Origin: an archaeon
GTDB taxonomy: Archaea; EX4484-52; B79-G9
Assembly (NCBI GenBank): GCA_043813875.1
Contig: JBDRKP010000067.1
Span: forward strand, 1 to 58,707
Length of the DNA: 58,707 bases
Direction of reading: 5' to 3'
Shown here in pieces: positions 17,998 to 27,477 of the stretch; the stretch's first letter is position 1, and each line of letters begins with the position of its first letter. The notes beneath the pieces were generated by a model. The model was not told the origin of the DNA. It worked only from the letters and a program-made list of their open reading frames with translations, and did no database searches. The position numbers and the translations under genes were made by a program.

Positions 17998-18537
17998 TTA
18001 GCCCGAACACGTAAACTCATAGGAAAGAAGCCCGCGCAAGTTACCGCTAAGTATCTCAGTCATGATCAATTTCGGCTCACCCAGCAAAGGCACTCGATAA
18101 AGCACCTTCCCCTTGATCCATTCCGGCTTCACAGCCCACGCATCCGGCGCAGGATTATTATCACCCCAGCTTGTGAAAGTCCCGTCATCATTAGCCTTAT
18201 ACAGACGATGTACAATCAGCTTATTTCCAGGCGGACAACCAGAAGAATCAGACGGACATACATATACGATAATGTCACCACCAGGAACATCAGATCTGGG
18301 CGGCAGACCCGGCGTCAAATCACCTGCATCTTCTCCTTTCAATATTAAAAGATCCCCTCGGTCAAGAACAGGAAGCATAGAACATGACACAACAACAACG
18401 ATAGGATCGTCAGTATCAAGTGCAAAACCAAGCCCCTGATAGACAATCACTGCAAGAAACATCCCAAAAAGAACATAGACTATACTGCCGATAAACTCAT
18501 TAGCCTCAAGATACTCATTAATCTCCTTCATACCCAT
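17998..18537 (-). CDS. Signal peptidase I (archaeal/ER type, S26B)
   Basis: TM anchor, catalytic-Ser box VVSCSMLPVLDRGDLLIL and LIVHRL. Confidence 0.85.
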   Translation of the reverse strand: MGMKEINEYLEANEFIGSIVYVLFGMFLAVIVYQGLGFALDTDDPIVVVVSCSMLPVLDRGDLLILKGEDAGDLTPGLPPRSDVPGGDIIVYVCPSDSSGCPPGNKLIVHRLYKANDDGTFTSWGDNNPAPDAWAVKPEWIKGKVLYRVPLLGEPKLIMTEILSGNLRGLLSYEFTCSG

Positions 18538-18572
18538 TAAATCCCCTCAAACGAAAAACAAAATCAAAGCCA

Positions 18573-18860
18573 TCATTTACCACAGGCTTTGACAAAGAGT
18601 TTTTCAAACTCAGAAATATTATCTTGACTGCGGCTTATCGCACCTTTCAAAGACTTCATAGAATCCTTTGCGCGAACAATAATCAGCGGATTCCCAAGAT
18701 ACGGATGCTTCTTCTCGTAAGCAGCAAACGTAACTGTCGAGTCATTCCACAATTCGCTTCTCAAAAGATTAGGAATTGTATGGCTGCCACCAACAAGTTC
18801 AAGAGTCAGCATTTCCTTAGATTCTTTCTTTAGTTTAACATCCACATGATTCACCTGCAA
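18573..18860 (-). CDS. rpoL: DNA-directed RNA polymerase subunit L (Rpb11 homolog). The start is non-ATG (TTG/GTG) and uncertain.
   Basis: LTLELVGGSHTIPNLLRSELWNDSTVTFAAYEKKHPYLGNPLIIVRAKD matches the RpoL core. Confidence 0.8.
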   Translation of the reverse strand: MQVNHVDVKLKKESKEMLTLELVGGSHTIPNLLRSELWNDSTVTFAAYEKKHPYLGNPLIIVRAKDSMKSLKGAISRSQDNISEFEKLFVKACGK

Positions 18861-19113
18861 AAACTTTTAGTCATCAACTTTATAAATATATATTATGCCC
18901 TAACACTCAATATGAATTAAATGCCATGAATGCGAGGCATAACTAATAATTATTAATAACAGAGTACTACATAGGATACATTAAATATTTAAATATATCT
19001 GATACTATATCTGGTACTGTTTAACAATAACAAACAGACAACAAATCGCTTTTCCCAGGATGTGGCACAAGACGTGCTGAACGGATAAAACATATAACAG
19101 GAGCAGGATAAAT

Positions 19114-19695
19114 ATGGGAATGTACAAATACATAAAAGAGATTTGGAAAAATCCAAAAGCAAACCTTGGCAGCGTATGGCAGGAACGCCTCATAAAATGG
19201 CGCAAAGAAGAGACAGTAACAAGAATCGAAAAACCGACAAGGATTGACAGAGCTCGTTCTTTAGGATACAAAGCAAAACAAGGCATAGTAGTAGCAAGAG
19301 TAAAAGTAACCCGCGGTGGAAGAGAAAGAGAACGCCACAAGAAAGGAAGAAAACCATCAAAAGCAGGTTTCGTCCATTTCACACCTAAAAAATCAAGACA
19401 AGTCATCGCAGAAGAAAAAGTATCAAAAAAATACCCGAATATGGAAGTGCTTTCAAGCTATTACGTTGGAGAAGACGGAAAACACATATGGTACGAAGTA
19501 GTCCTCGTAAATCCTACACATCCGGCTATCGAAAACGACAAAAACCTGTCATGGATCACCAATAAAGAGCACAGAGGCCGCGCACACAGAGGACTGACAC
19601 CAGCAGGCAAGAAATCGCGCGGTTTGAACAAGAAAGGCAATGGCGCAGAAAAATTAAGGCCAAGCATAAGAGCCAAATCAGGCCAGGGCAAGTAA
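19114..19695 (+). CDS. rpl15e: 50S ribosomal protein L15e
   Basis: [19 protein letters not shown]...RLIKWRKE...[18 protein letters not shown] is unmistakably L15e. Confidence 0.95.
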   Translation: MGMYKYIKEIWKNPKANLGSVWQERLIKWRKEETVTRIEKPTRIDRARSLGYKAKQGIVVARVKVTRGGRERERHKKGRKPSKAGFVHFTPKKSRQVIAEEKVSKKYPNMEVLSSYYVGEDGKHIWYEVVLVNPTHPAIENDKNLSWITNKEHRGRAHRGLTPAGKKSRGLNKKGNGAEKLRPSIRAKSGQGK

Positions 19696-19715
19696 CCGGA
19701 TATAACAACCAACAC

Positions 19716-19749
19716 CCAGCCATTTGGCTGGCTGCTTTTTCTATTTTTT
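19716..19749 (+). terminator. Hairpin plus T-rich tract after rpl15e
   Basis: CCAGCC-attt-GGCTGG (19716-19731) followed by ctgcTTTTTctaTTTTTT. Confidence 0.5.
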
Positions 19750-20116
19750 ATCATTCGCCAAAAGACAAACTAATCCCCAAAACCACACGAATCAACAGCC
19801 CAAAAGCATACACTCCAAAAACACAATTAAAGTATAAAAATCCTTAAATACCATCCCTACCGAAATAGATTGTAAATGTCTTAGATTTTAGAAAGACAGA
19901 GATTTAATTTAATGGGAGATAGGAGCTTGGAGCAATGATTCCATGGTGCTAGCTCAAGGATAACCTGATAGCGCCACACATTTTTCTTTAATTCTTACAA
20001 TCCACCATAGCCCGGATTATACACAAACATCACACGACACAGCCATGCCAAACTATATTAAGATTTCTACTAAATCCAGTGAATAAAGAAACAGTCATAT
20101 TTACGAGGTGAATTAG

Positions 20117-21364
20117 ATGACATACGCGGTAAAAGACATAAGCCTGGCAGACCAGGGCAAAAACCAGATAGAATGGGCAGAATCCCAGATGGGCGGGCTC
20201 TTGAAAGTAAGAGAACGCTTCAAAAAAGAATTGCCGCTAAAAGGCATAAGGATAGGCATGGCGCTCCACGTGACAAAAGAGACCGCAGTGCTGGTACGGA
20301 CACTCATCGCAGGCGGCGCACAGGTAGCGATAACAGGCTGCAACCCCCTATCGACACAGGATGACGTCGCTGCAGCGCTCGCAAAAGAAGGCGTTGAAGT
20401 CTACGCAAAACGAGGAGTAGACACCAAAGAATACTACGAATTCATCCACAGGATAATCAACACAAAGCCGCACATCACGATAGATGACGGCTGCGACCTC
20501 GTAAGCGAGATCCACCTCAAATTCCCACAACTCATACCATCGATAATCGGCGGCGCAGAAGAGACCACGACAGGTGTCATCCGCCTCCACGCCATGGAAA
20601 AAGACAAGGCCCTCAAATACCCGATGGTCGCAGTGAACGACTCAAAGACAAAACACCTCATGGACAACTACATAGGAACCGGCCAGTCAGCGATAGACGG
20701 CATCTTAAGAGCGACAAGCATACTGATATCAGGAAAGACATTCGTAGTTGTAGGCTACGGCCCCTGCGGGAAAGGCGTCGCAGCCCGCGCAAACGGCATG
20801 CTCGCAAACGTAGTCGTCTGCGAAGTAGACGCATTCCGCGCACTACAGGCACACTACGACGGCTTCAGGGTAATGCCGATGGAAGACGCAACAAAAATCG
20901 GCGACGTCTTTGTGACAGTGACAGGCGACAAGCACGTCATCCGCACAGAACACATGAAAAACATGAAAGACGGCGCAATAGTTGCCAACGCAGGCCACTT
21001 CGACCTTGAAATCGACCTGAAAGGCCTGGAAAAGATCTCAAAGAAACGCAACATCCGCGCAAACATGGACGAATACACCCTCAACGGCAAAAGATTATTC
21101 GTGCTCGGTGAAGGAAGACTGGTAAACCTTGCATGCGCAGAAGGCCACCCATCGGAAGTCATGTCAATGTCATTCATGAATCAGGCGCTCGCATGCGAAT
21201 ACCTCGCAAAGAACAAAGGCAGCCTAAAACCACAGGTATACAAGCTCCCCGACGAGGTAGACGACATAGTAGCACAGCTGCAGCTTGACGCCATGAGCGT
21301 AAAGAAAGACATCCTCACAGCAGAACAGAAAAAATACCTGTCAAGCTGGCAGGAAGGGACATAA
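20117..21364 (+). CDS. ahcY: Adenosylhomocysteinase (SAH hydrolase)
   Basis: VKDISLADQGKNQIEWAE, the NAD-binding segment VVGYGPCGKGVA and GHFDLEID. The length is 415 aa. Confidence 0.95.
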   Translation: MTYAVKDISLADQGKNQIEWAESQMGGLLKVRERFKKELPLKGIRIGMALHVTKETAVLVRTLIAGGAQVAITGCNPLSTQDDVAAALAKEGVEVYAKRGVDTKEYYEFIHRIINTKPHITIDDGCDLVSEIHLKFPQLIPSIIGGAEETTTGVIRLHAMEKDKALKYPMVAVNDSKTKHLMDNYIGTGQSAIDGILRATSILISGKTFVVVGYGPCGKGVAARANGMLANVVVCEVDAFRALQAHYDGFRVMPMEDATKIGDVFVTVTGDKHVIRTEHMKNMKDGAIVANAGHFDLEIDLKGLEKISKKRNIRANMDEYTLNGKRLFVLGEGRLVNLACAEGHPSEVMSMSFMNQALACEYLAKNKGSLKPQVYKLPDEVDDIVAQLQLDAMSVKKDILTAEQKKYLSSWQEGT

Positions 21365-21418
21365 ATCCCCTTATTTCCTCTTCCAAACGTATTTTAAAAC
21401 ACACTCCAACATAAAACC

Positions 21419-22300
21419 ATGCAAAAACTCATAGCCCCATTCGACCCCTGGAAATCACAGTCATGCACCTGCCCGGACAAATACAGCCTGAACGTCTACA
21501 CCGGCTGCGCACACGGATGCCTCTACTGCTACTCATCATCATACATCCCCGACTTCTTCAACCCGAGACCAAAAAAGCATCTGGCAGAACGCATAACAAA
21601 AGACATAGAGACACTGGACAAGAACACCCCCATTTCAATCAGCAACAGCACAGACCCATACCAGCCGCTTGAAAAGACTTTTAAATGCACAAGAAGATGC
21701 CTCGAACTTCTGCTAGACTTCAGAAAACTGATAGTCACAAAATCAGACCTCATAACAAGAGACATAGACCTCCTCTCAAACACTGTCGTAGCCATGACAA
21801 TAACGACAATCAGCCAAAGCCTTGCAAAAATAACCGAACCCTTCACCCCTCCTCCACAAAAACGCATAGATGCCCTAAAGACCTTAAACGAATCAGGAAT
21901 CCCCACAATCGCAAGAATAGACCCGATAATACCGCAACTTAACGAAGACACATCCGAGCTGATAGAAAAACTGGCCGCAGCAGGAGTAAGACACATAGTA
22001 AGCTCAACCTACAAAGCAAAGCAGGACAACTTCAAACGCCTCTGCGCCGCATTCCCAAAAAACAGAGATATATGGCACGAGCTATACACAAAAAAAGGAG
22101 AACACCTGGGCGGCGCAACATACATGCCAAAAGAGGCAAGAACACAGATCATGAAAAAGACAAAAGAACAGGCAGAAGAAAGAGGCATGACATTTGCAAC
22201 ATGCCGCGAAAACATAGACCTTAAGCAATCCACCAAAACATACTGTGACGGAGCGCACCTTTTAACAGATCAAAAACATATGCAAAAAGAAAAAATATAA
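21419..22300 (+). CDS. Radical SAM protein (SplB / COG1533 'DNA repair photolyase'-like)
   Basis: CxxxCxxC cluster motif YTGCAHGCLYCYSS close to the N-terminus. The ~290-aa size is typical of this subgroup. Confidence 0.75.
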   Translation: MQKLIAPFDPWKSQSCTCPDKYSLNVYTGCAHGCLYCYSSSYIPDFFNPRPKKHLAERITKDIETLDKNTPISISNSTDPYQPLEKTFKCTRRCLELLLDFRKLIVTKSDLITRDIDLLSNTVVAMTITTISQSLAKITEPFTPPPQKRIDALKTLNESGIPTIARIDPIIPQLNEDTSELIEKLAAAGVRHIVSSTYKAKQDNFKRLCAAFPKNRDIWHELYTKKGEHLGGATYMPKEARTQIMKKTKEQAEERGMTFATCRENIDLKQSTKTYCDGAHLLTDQKHMQKEKI

Positions 22301-22347
22301 CAAGAAATTCAGAAACGCTTATATATTACAACAAAGAAAAATTAGCC

Positions 22348-22971
22348 ATGAAGTTAAAAGAATTCATCATGATCACAATAATCATCTTTCTCCTGACTTC
22401 CGTAGTATACCCAAGGCCCTTATGCTATCAGGGAGAATCATGCCGCCTAGAGGTATCGAAAACACTATCCGAAACCGCGAAAGCCACAGGAAAATTCTTC
22501 ACTGAACTCATAAGTTTAGACGCCAAAAGGCAAGCGAAAAACACGCCGCCAGTTGAATCAATATCATTAGAAGCCCTGATAGCATTCGCAGGATTTACAG
22601 TCCTATTTACCGGACTGCTGAGCCTGACGATACTGAAAGGCGAATACCCGACCAAAAAAAAGACAAGGATAGACATAATATTTGCGGTCATCGGAACATT
22701 GACACTCGCAGCCATAGGATTTTACAACTGGAATATTTTTCCCGGACTGTTCTACCACAACGTCACAGACTTCTTGTTCATCATAATGATATCAATGACA
22801 ACGACACTCGTTTACGCGTCACTCAAGAACAACTGGACTCTATTCCAATATATGAATAAAACAAACGACAAGAGCATGGAAGAATATTACACCGTCCTCA
22901 CTGCATGGATAATCACATCAATAATATATCTCGGCATCTATTATTTATATAGCTCAATGAGCCCCATATGA
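22348..22971 (+). CDS. Hypothetical polytopic membrane protein
   Basis: N-terminal hydrophobic segment plus ~4 further TM-like segments. I recognise no motif. Confidence 0.45.
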   Translation: MKLKEFIMITIIIFLLTSVVYPRPLCYQGESCRLEVSKTLSETAKATGKFFTELISLDAKRQAKNTPPVESISLEALIAFAGFTVLFTGLLSLTILKGEYPTKKKTRIDIIFAVIGTLTLAAIGFYNWNIFPGLFYHNVTDFLFIIMISMTTTLVYASLKNNWTLFQYMNKTNDKSMEEYYTVLTAWIITSIIYLGIYYLYSSMSPI

Positions 22972-23108
22972 GACTTCGGATGCGTATATGTCATCCCCAA
23001 CATTTGAGGCGCCTGCTCGAATGCCGTCCGTGCCATATCGATATCTTCATCAGGAAACTGATCTTGCCGAAAGACAGGATTAAATCCAATCAGATAACAA
23101 AATCAAAC

Positions 23109-24317
23109 CTAAGCCTCAAGCTCTCCCTGAATCTCTTTCCACAAGAGAGGCTGTTTTTCCTCAATCAAAGTCAGGAGAGGTAAATACTGCCGCGCAATAT
23201 GCTTCGACACATGCAGCCTCATACTCAATTTACCCAGAAGCGCTCCCTCACTCGCCCTCCGGAATCGCGTCTGCGCCATCATGGCGATCTTCGTCGGGAA
23301 ATGATACTCAAGCATCCCCGGATACTTCTCATCCTTAGACACCGCAACACCGACGGAGAGAAGCTGGAAAACATAATGCAGATAACCCCAGTATTGCTGC
23401 CGTGTAATCCTGCCGCGAAAAACATCTGCGCGCGACACATACTCCATTGCAAGAGAGAGATCCTTCGATTTCCTGTACTCTCGAGGCATATTCTCCCTCA
23501 CCCACTCAATGACATCACCCGGCTCTGAATCGACATTCAAAAAAGCAGTATTCGCAATATCAGCCGAAGTCGTCTTGAACACGATAGTCATGGCCTGCTG
23601 TATCTGCTGCCCGGCATCACGGAAAGCAATATCGCGCACATCATCATACAGAAGTCGCTTCCGCCCGATTGAATGCGCCTCAAAATCATTGATGGCAGAC
23701 CGCAGATCCCCATTCGAATTATGCGCAATCACGCTGAGAGCCCGCTCCTCCACATCAAGATTTTCCTTGAGCGCAATCATCTTCAATACCAACACGACAT
23801 CAACACGCTTAAGCTCACTTAATTTGACGACAGCGCATGCCTTCTTCAAAATAGTCAACCGGGCCTTCTGCCCATCTGTCCTGAACTCATTTGCTGCAAG
23901 GATGACTGGATAATTGCTTTCAGAGATAATCTTCACAATCTCCTGTGGCGCCCCCCGGTCACTCTGTCCTGATATCCCGTCAACTTCATCAAACAGCACC
24001 ATCTTGCCCCTCTGAAACAACGTCTGCTGAGCAAGGCTCGTACCGAAAAACTCCACAAGATGCTTCTTTGTCCTCGCATCGCTCGCATTTGTCTCAATCA
24101 GATGATAATTCAGTTCACGCGCAATCGCCTGCACCATGCTAGTCTTTCCACATCCCGCAGGACCTAAAAGCAAAAGCCCTTTTTTCAGCTGATTCTTATT
24201 CCATTTCCGGACCCAGTCAAATACCTTGACCTTCTCTTCACCCACGACATCAGAAACATTTTTCGGCCTGTATTTTTCAGTCCATCCACCTGTTGGCTTC
24301 ATACATGATATTGGCAT
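23109..24317 (-). CDS. rfcL: Replication factor C large subunit
   Basis: WTEKYRPKNVSDVVG, Walker A GPAGCGKTS and Walker B VLFDEVD. The C-terminal domain is typical of archaeal RfcL. Confidence 0.9.
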   Translation of the reverse strand: MPISCMKPTGGWTEKYRPKNVSDVVGEEKVKVFDWVRKWNKNQLKKGLLLLGPAGCGKTSMVQAIARELNYHLIETNASDARTKKHLVEFFGTSLAQQTLFQRGKMVLFDEVDGISGQSDRGAPQEIVKIISESNYPVILAANEFRTDGQKARLTILKKACAVVKLSELKRVDVVLVLKMIALKENLDVEERALSVIAHNSNGDLRSAINDFEAHSIGRKRLLYDDVRDIAFRDAGQQIQQAMTIVFKTTSADIANTAFLNVDSEPGDVIEWVRENMPREYRKSKDLSLAMEYVSRADVFRGRITRQQYWGYLHYVFQLLSVGVAVSKDEKYPGMLEYHFPTKIAMMAQTRFRRASEGALLGKLSMRLHVSKHIARQYLPLLTLIEEKQPLLWKEIQGELEA

Positions 24318-24582
24318 CTTATTTTTAAGTGCTTAATGACCTCTATCGGCAAAGCGCATAAAATACATATATAAAATCAATCAACAGAATAACAGAATAC
24401 ACAAAATGAAAGATCAGTCAATTAAACCCCAAAAAAATATACAACACAGAATATATATCCGGACACAAAAGAGTTTATATAGATTGGAGACACATATATC
24501 AGTACAACACCACATCTAGTGGTTTGGCAGGAAAATCACTACTATATATAGACGCCATATCATCCTTGAGGAGGGGAACCAT

Positions 24583-27039
24583 TTGAAATGTCCGTACTGT
24601 TCATCTAGTGAAACGAAGGTCTTGGATAAAAGATTCACCGAAGATCTTGAAGTGAACCGCAGAAGAAGAGAATGTATCTCATGCAACAAAAGATTCACGA
24701 CCTACGAGAGGATAGAGACACACCCATTATTGATCATCAAAAAAGACGGCTCAAGACAGGAATACGACAGGAACAAGATCCTAAAAAGCATCCTCGTATC
24801 ATGCCAGAAAAGACCCATAAGCCAGGAATCCATTGAAAGGATCGTAGACGAAATCGAAAGCGAACTGCTGCACTTGGACACCCAGGAAGTCGAGAGCAAA
24901 AAGATCGGTAACCGCGTAATGAAAAAACTCAAGACATTAGATGACATTGCATACATCAGATTCGCATCTGTCTACAGGTCCTTCAAAGACATAGAATCAT
25001 TTGAACGCGAACTGCACAAGCTGAAAGTCGTAGGAGAGACGCAGAATACAGGCTCTGACTCAACAGACATACTCTTACAGGTCACAACAACATCAGAGGG
25101 AAAAATAAGCGAATGGAACAACGAGCGCATCGTAAGCGCCCTCATAAGAGAGATCAGGATCCCGCGCGACGAAGCCATAGAGATAGCCGATGCCGTTGAA
25201 AAAAAAGTATTCTCATCCGGGATCAAGACAATATCCGTGAGCCTCATACGCGAACTTGTAGACATAGAACTATTCACCAGAGGCTACGACAAGAAACTGG
25301 AAAAACAGGGAATCATAGGGATGCCCCATTATAACTTAAAACAGCTGATATTCAACAAAAGCAACGAAAACAGCAACGTAGCTGCAAACAACCCCGAAGC
25401 AGTCAACCTGGCGATCGCAGAAAACACACTGAAGCAATACGCACTAAAAGAACTATTCTCAGAAGACATATCCTCAGCACACATGAAAGGCGCAATCCAC
25501 CTGCACGACCTCGGATACCCGATCCGCGTATATTGCAGCGCGCACAGCCTCGAATACATAAAGAAATACGGCTTGAGGCTCATCAACCTCTCAACCACGT
25601 CAGCCCCGGCCAAACACGCAGGAACACTTACAGGCCACCTGAACACATTCCTCGCATCCATGCAAGCATACTACGCAGGCGCCCTCGGGATCAGCTACGT
25701 GAACATATTCTACGCGCCATACCTTGTAGGCATGAGCTACGAGAAGATGAAACAGGAAGCACAATACCTGATCTTCTCATGCAGCCAGAACGCGTTCTCG
25801 CGCGGCGGCCAGACATTGTTTATTGACTTCAACATACACTTAGGGATTCCAGGATATCTCAAAGATGTGCCGGCTATAGGCCCTGGCGGCAAATACACAG
25901 GAAAAGTCTACGCTGACTACGAAGAGGAAGCCCAGCAATTCGCAAAAGCGCTTCTAGACGTCTGGCGGGAAGGCGACGGCGAAGGCAAGCCATTTCCTTT
26001 CCCTAAATGCGACCTTCACGTAGACAAGACAACCTTCAGCGACCCGAAACAATACGAACTCCTGAAATACGCATGCCAGATAGCCTCAGAAAACGGCTCA
26101 CCATACTTTGTCTTCGACAGGGACGAAATAAACCTCTCCATGTGCTGCCGGTTGAGGACAAAAATAGTCGACGACTACGTAATCAAACACCCGGAAAGCA
26201 TGAGATTCTGCGGCTTCCAGAACGTAAGCATAAACCTGCCCCAGGCCGCCTACAGGGCTGGAAAAGGCAACCTTGAAGGCACAATATCTGAACTGCACAA
26301 AGCAATGAAACTTGCGGTAAAAGCCCACATACAAAAAAAGAAATTCATACAGAAACTGATGAGCGTCCCGGGCGCACCCTTGTGGCAGGTAGGCCAGATC
26401 GCCCCCGACGGCAGGCCATACATCGACCTTGAGACAGCCACCTACATACTAGGCATCATAGGACTCAACGAATGCGTAAAATATATAGTTGGTCAGGAAC
26501 TGCACGAATCAGAAGAAGCATACAGGACCGGCCTGAAAATAATCTCTGCCATGTACCTCAGATGCAAGGAATTCGAAAAAGAATACAGCCTGAAATTCAC
26601 TCTCGAAGAGACGCCCGCAGAAAGCGCATCCTTAAGGCTCGCAAAAATCGACCTGAAAGAATACCCCGAAAGCAAAGACTACATACGCGGCAACAAGAAA
26701 AAAGGAGAGATATATTACACGAACAGCGTACACTTGGCACCAGACGCACCGGTCGACATCATAGAAAGAATCGAAAGGCAATCCAAATTCAACACACTGA
26801 TCGAATCAGGAGCAATAACCCACGTGTTTTTAGGCGAGCAGAAACCGGATATGGGAAGCGTATTATCTCTGATCAAAAAGACATGGGATAACACCCAATG
26901 CGCACAGATCACAATATCCCCCGAATTCACAATATGCAATGATTGCCATAAACTATCCAGAGGTTACGCAAGAGAACAGAAACCTCAAACAAAGGCCATA
27001 AAAGATATGCCAAAAAAAGAGGGGGCGGTTGTAGCATGA
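24583..27039 (+). CDS. nrdD: Anaerobic (class III) ribonucleoside-triphosphate reductase with an N-terminal full-length NrdR-like module. It lacks the glycyl-radical C-terminus in this frame.
   Basis: TTG start preceded by GAGGAGGGG. Residues 1-~150 match NrdR: CPYC...RRRRECISCNKRFTTYER...AYIRFASVYRSFKDIESF. An NrdD-type N-domain and core follow (HLHDL, NLSMCCRLR, ...ICNDC). The stop lies 3 codons after a G5 run. Confidence 0.9.
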   Translation: MKCPYCSSSETKVLDKRFTEDLEVNRRRRECISCNKRFTTYERIETHPLLIIKKDGSRQEYDRNKILKSILVSCQKRPISQESIERIVDEIESELLHLDTQEVESKKIGNRVMKKLKTLDDIAYIRFASVYRSFKDIESFERELHKLKVVGETQNTGSDSTDILLQVTTTSEGKISEWNNERIVSALIREIRIPRDEAIEIADAVEKKVFSSGIKTISVSLIRELVDIELFTRGYDKKLEKQGIIGMPHYNLKQLIFNKSNENSNVAANNPEAVNLAIAENTLKQYALKELFSEDISSAHMKGAIHLHDLGYPIRVYCSAHSLEYIKKYGLRLINLSTTSAPAKHAGTLTGHLNTFLASMQAYYAGALGISYVNIFYAPYLVGMSYEKMKQEAQYLIFSCSQNAFSRGGQTLFIDFNIHLGIPGYLKDVPAIGPGGKYTGKVYADYEEEAQQFAKALLDVWREGDGEGKPFPFPKCDLHVDKTTFSDPKQYELLKYACQIASENGSPYFVFDRDEINLSMCCRLRTKIVDDYVIKHPESMRFCGFQNVSINLPQAAYRAGKGNLEGTISELHKAMKLAVKAHIQKKKFIQKLMSVPGAPLWQVGQIAPDGRPYIDLETATYILGIIGLNECVKYIVGQELHESEEAYRTGLKIISAMYLRCKEFEKEYSLKFTLEETPAESASLRLAKIDLKEYPESKDYIRGNKKKGEIYYTNSVHLAPDAPVDIIERIERQSKFNTLIESGAITHVFLGEQKPDMGSVLSLIKKTWDNTQCAQITISPEFTICNDCHKLSRGYAREQKPQTKAIKDMPKKEGAVVA

Positions 27040-27215
27040 ACGAGACAGAAACAACAGAGACAGACATTCCGCGATGCCCGCACTGTGGAAGCACTAACGT
27101 ATACGGCATGAGCAGAGTAGTCGGGTATTATTCAAAAATCGATAATTGGAACAAGAGCAAAAAATCCGAATTCAAAGACAGGCAAAAAGGAAACTACAAG
27201 ATTTCTGAATTGTGA
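27036..27215 (+). CDS. 59-aa ORF encoding the NrdD glycyl-radical / second zinc half-site segment (-1 frame relative to nrdD; ATGA overlap)
   Basis: My own translation gives MNETETTETDIPRCPHCGSTNVYGMSRVVGYYSKIDNWNKSKKSEFKDRQKGNYKISEL. SRVVGYY matches the class III RNR glycyl-radical motif (RxxGY), and CPHC completes the CxxC...CxxC site. The ORF is below the 60-aa cutoff of the supplied track. Confidence 0.75.
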   Translation: MNETETTETDIPRCPHCGSTNVYGMSRVVGYYSKIDNWNKSKKSEFKDRQKGNYKISEL

Positions 27216-27219
27216 TGAC

Positions 27220-27477
27220 ATGAAGATAAAGATATTCACAAAAGAAGACTGCCCTAACTGTCCGCCAGCCAGGGATCTCGGGAAAATACTGGAAGCCGAA
27301 GGTCTCGACGTAGAATACCACGACATATCTACGATAGACGGGCTGACAGAATCATCATACCACGGAATCATGTCAACGCCATCAGTTCTGGTCATCGGAA
27401 AAGACGGCAAAGAGAAGACAGGCTGGAGAAGCACCGTACCAGACATCAACGAAATTCGCCAGGTGCTCGGCAAATGA
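27220..27477 (+). CDS. Glutaredoxin/NrdH-like thioredoxin-fold redoxin
   Basis: 85 aa with MKIKIFTKEDCPNCPPA (CxxC at the end of beta1) and ...TPSVLV (cis-Pro region). Confidence 0.8.
   Translation: MKIKIFTKEDCPNCPPARDLGKILEAEGLDVEYHDISTIDGLTESSYHGIMSTPSVLVIGKDGKEKTGWRSTVPDINEIRQVLGK

Noticed and set aside
18997-19018. Tandem 12-bp repeat TATCTGATAC(ta)TATCTGGTAC in the rpoL/rpl15e divergent spacer
   Set aside because: There are only two copies in A/T-rich promoter DNA. It is too short to distinguish from chance and has no partner sites in the window.
19935-19968. C/D-box sRNA (ATGATT ... CTGA) in the ahcY upstream spacer
   Set aside because: The C-box deviates from RUGAUGA. The boxes are only ~25 nt apart, and there are no C'/D' boxes and no terminal stem of the usual kind.
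24440-24560. Possible NrdR boxes upstream of the NrdR-NrdD fusion gene
   Set aside because: Three CAC...ATATAT-containing elements exist (~24441-24462, 24488-24505 and 24535-24556). None is a good 16-bp palindrome of the acaC.AtATaT.Gtgt type, and the ~44-50 bp spacing does not match the usual ~31-32 bp tandem. They are more simply TATA boxes of the divergent rfcL and nrdD promoters.
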